In this document: positions 61,177 to 64,000 of the stretch, piece by piece
Position numbering within the stretch: the first letter of the stretch is position 1
Layout of the letters: the number at the start of each line of letters is the position of its first letter
Source: Octopus sinensis
Lineage: Eukaryota
Length of the DNA: 64,000 bases
Assembly: GCF_006345805.1 (NCBI RefSeq)
Contig: NC_043025.1
Span: 13,578,001 to 13,642,000, forward strand
Direction of reading: 5' to 3'
Position numbers and translations under genes: made by a program
Notes under the pieces: model-generated
The model's input: the letters and a program-made list of their open reading frames with translations, nothing else
What the model was told of the DNA's origin: nothing
The model's database searches: none

Positions 61177-62415
61177 TTAACCCTTTTGTTACCATATTTC
61201 TTCTGCTGAGTTGCTCTGTGTTTCTTTCAATTAATTTTAAATATAACAAAGAATTTAGTAAAATAACATCGTTATCATTAAACAAGTGTTAGGAACATAA
61301 ATTGTGACTAACGTTTGGTGGAAGATTTTAATTCAAAACTTATGAAAACAAGACATTTGTACTACAGAGCCAGAGGTGGTTTCAGCCAGGTTGGTATCAA
61401 AAGGGTTAAGAATTGTTTCTCTATTATATATCTTAACCCTTTTGTTACCATATTTCTGTTGAGATGCTCTGTTTCTTTCAATTACTTTAAATATAACAAA
61501 GAATTTAGTAAAATAACTTAGTTATCATTAAGCTAGTGTTAAGAACATAAATTGTGACTAAGGTTTGGTGGAAGATTTTAATTCAAAACTTATGAAAACA
61601 AGACATTTGTACTACAGAGCCAGAGGTGGTTTCAGTCGGGTTGGTATCAAAAGGGTTAAGAATTGATTCTCTATTATATATCTTAACCCTTTTGTTACCA
61701 TATTTCTGTTGAGATGCTCTGTTTCTTTCAATTACTTTAAATATAACAAAGAATTTAGTAAAATAACTTAGTTATCATTAAGCTAGTGTTAAGAACATAA
61801 ATTGTGACTAAGGTTTGGTGGAAGATTTTAATTCAAAACTTATGAAAACAAGACATTTGTACTACAGAGCCAGAGGTGGTTTCAGTCGGGTTAGTATCAA
61901 AAGGGTTAAGAATTGTTTCTCTATTATATATTTTAACCCTTTTGTTACCATATTTCTGTTGAGATGCTCTGTGTTTCTTTCAATTAATTTTAAATATAAC
62001 AAAGAATTTAGTAAAATAACTTAGTTATCATTCAGCTAGTATTAGGAACATAAATTGTGACTAAGGTTTGGTGGAAGATTTTAATTCAAAACTTATGAAA
62101 ACAAGACATTTGTACTACAGAGCCAGAGGTGGTTTCAGCCGGGTTGGTATCAAAAGGGTTAAGAATTGCTTCTCTATTATATATTTTAACCCTTTTGTTA
62201 CCATATTTCTGTTGAGATGCTCTGTGTTTCTTTCAATTAATTTTAAATATAACAAAGAATTTAGTAAAATAACTTAGTTATCATTAAGCTAGTGTTAGGA
62301 ACATAAATTGTGACTAAGGTTTGGTGGATGATTTTAATTTAAAACTTATGAAAACAAAACATTTGTACTACAGAGCCAGTGACGGTTTTAGCTGGGTTGG
62401 TATTGAAAAGGTTAA
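61177..62415. mobile_element. piggyBac-type MITE, five tandem units (period 250-256 bp) inside a SINE-A tail
   Basis: TTAACCCT starts at 61177, 61433, 61683, 61933, 62186. Confidence 0.92.
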
Positions 62416-62673
62416 AAAAAACAAGTGCTGTGGCCACAGTCAAATGATTGACACCAAAAGAAAAAAAATATATATATAAACAGAACCACTTATTTTGATC
62501 TCCCACTGACTTTTGGCAGTTACTATCTGGTAAATTATCTCCTTCTGTTTGCAATAAGACCTGCAGAAGGAAATCTGGGTTGTCATGCTATGTGAAATGT
62601 CACAATTGATTTTCTGCTATCATTCACAGCAAAAACAGGCTTTGATATCATTTGGTGTCTGGTTTCTGTGCTG

Positions 62674-62869
62674 TTGTTAAGCAACAAGACGGTAAGGGTG
62701 GTGGTCTAGGGCTTAGGGGCAGGAGACCCAGACCTTGGGGAGAAAAAAAACAAAAAAACTTTGGTCGTCTTGTTGTAGTCGAGGGCTCTTCGTTGACGCC
62801 CGACACCACTGGGAGGTGGCCCTCGAAGTCGCTGGGAATCGAGATCTCCAGGTCCAAATTCTTGGACGG
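62674..62869. mobile_element. 196-bp GC-rich insertion with 15-bp direct flanks
   Basis: CTGGTTTCTGTGCTG at 62659-62673 and 62870-62884. Confidence 0.65.
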
Positions 62870-63887
62870 CTGGTTTCTGTGCTGGCATCGGTTGGACAGT
62901 TTGGCTGAAAAACTGGTAAGCTGGGGAGAGCTGCACCAGGTTCCAGTCTGATCTGGCAAGGTTTCTACAGCTGGATGCCCTTCCTAATGCCAACCACTCC
63001 AAGAGTGTAGTGGGTGCTCTTCACATGCATAAAAAGCACTCTTTGAACATTCAGAAATACCAAATAAGGAGCTCTATGTTTTTTCATATTCATATTAAAA
63101 ATGTTTTAAATATATTCTTTTACTTGTTTCAGTCTTGTGCTATTGCTTGTCCATTGCTGGGTCGCAGTAAAAATTTCTCACTAAATCAAGAGCTAAGTTT
63201 CTTATCACATTTCAGCCCGGGGCCAGTTTTGTTGTTTATGAGCTAGTTGGAGCTTTTAATGAGAGTAATTAACATTCATTGGACTTTGGTTTTCACACCT
63301 GGAACAGAATAATCATGGAAAATTAGAAGGGACTGTGCACATGCCATTAGTCGGACAAAAAAAGGAGGCAGAAGAAAGTGAAAAACTCGAATTTGGCCGC
63401 AAAATAACATATGGGCATAAGGGGTCGGTTTATTGGGGGGGGGGGCGACTGGGGAAATGAAAAGATCATCATGACCACCCTCGGGCAGTTTTGAAAGCCC
63501 ATAGAAAATGCGAGCCTTTTACGTGAAAAACTGTGGATTTGTATAAAGGACACACTGACACACAGATACAGTCATTTTCGGTTTATAGATATAGAGATAT
63601 GTTATGGCGAAAGTAGGGATAATTTTTGACTTCCCTTGTGTATATACAGGCCAAGTTCAAGACATTGTGTCTTACGAAGGAGATGACGAAGGGTCATCAG
63701 GAGGGAACGTGTGCTCTTTTGGGGGCCCCCAATGTTTAGGGCATTATTGTTTGTCTGCCTTTCTGTCTGTTCGTCCTGTTTCTTTTTACCTGTGTGTGTG
63801 TGTGTCTCTTCAGCTTCACTTACCTTCCCACTCTCTTCATCTCTGTCTCTTCACTTACCTTCCCACTCTCTCTATACCCCCCCACAG

Positions 63888-64000
63888 GTGCCGGCCTAGC
63901 TACAGTCGTCGTCTCCTACCTGTTCACCACCTACTACAACATCATCATCACCTGGTCGTTCTACTACCTGTTCAACACCTTCACCTCCCTCATGCCGTGG
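63888..64000 (+). CDS. ine: SLC6 ine-like transporter, coding exon 3 (TM3), runs off the window
   Basis: Pyrimidine tract + CACAG/GT GCC; (G)AGLATVVVSYLFTTYYNIIITWSFYYLFNTFTSLMPW. Confidence 0.96.

Noticed and set aside
31465-62415. CRISPR-like appearance of the regular arrays
   Set aside because: Units repeat in full with no unique spacers, there are no cas genes, and the context is eukaryotic
63680-63702. CTGATGA on the minus strand as a hammerhead core
   Set aside because: Part of a small GATGAC/GTCATC hairpin; no downstream stem II-GAAA

Overview
Eukaryotic, AT-rich, repeat-saturated animal DNA. The SINE and microsatellite landscape suggests a coleoid cephalopod (Octopus-like); this is an inference. 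One host gene is supported: the first three coding exons of a + strand SLC6 (NSS) Na+/Cl- neurotransmitter transporter most like the inebriated (ine) subfamily (37308-37530, 59384-59518, 63888-end; all phase-1 GT-AG junctions that join in frame). The rest is transposon-derived or simple sequence: about 25 copies or halves of one tRNA-headed SINE (family A) plus at least four other SINE-like families, about 7 Helitron-type non-autonomous elements, CR1, RTE and RLE-type LINE relics, Tc1/mariner and piggyBac relics and MITEs, several minisatellites made from pieces of retroelements, and kilobase microsatellites. The most unusual signal is a dense set of short repeats carrying type I hammerhead-ribozyme folds of the Penelope-like-element kind. 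At least six sequence-unrelated families were seen, several as head-to-head inverted pairs. One sits behind a tRNA B-box (SINE/retrozyme-like), and two appear to covary the catalytic C3-G8 pair (G3-C8, U3-A8). These folds were read by eye and are untested. Nearly all long ORFs in the supplied track are repeat artefacts. Repeat boundaries are approximate.
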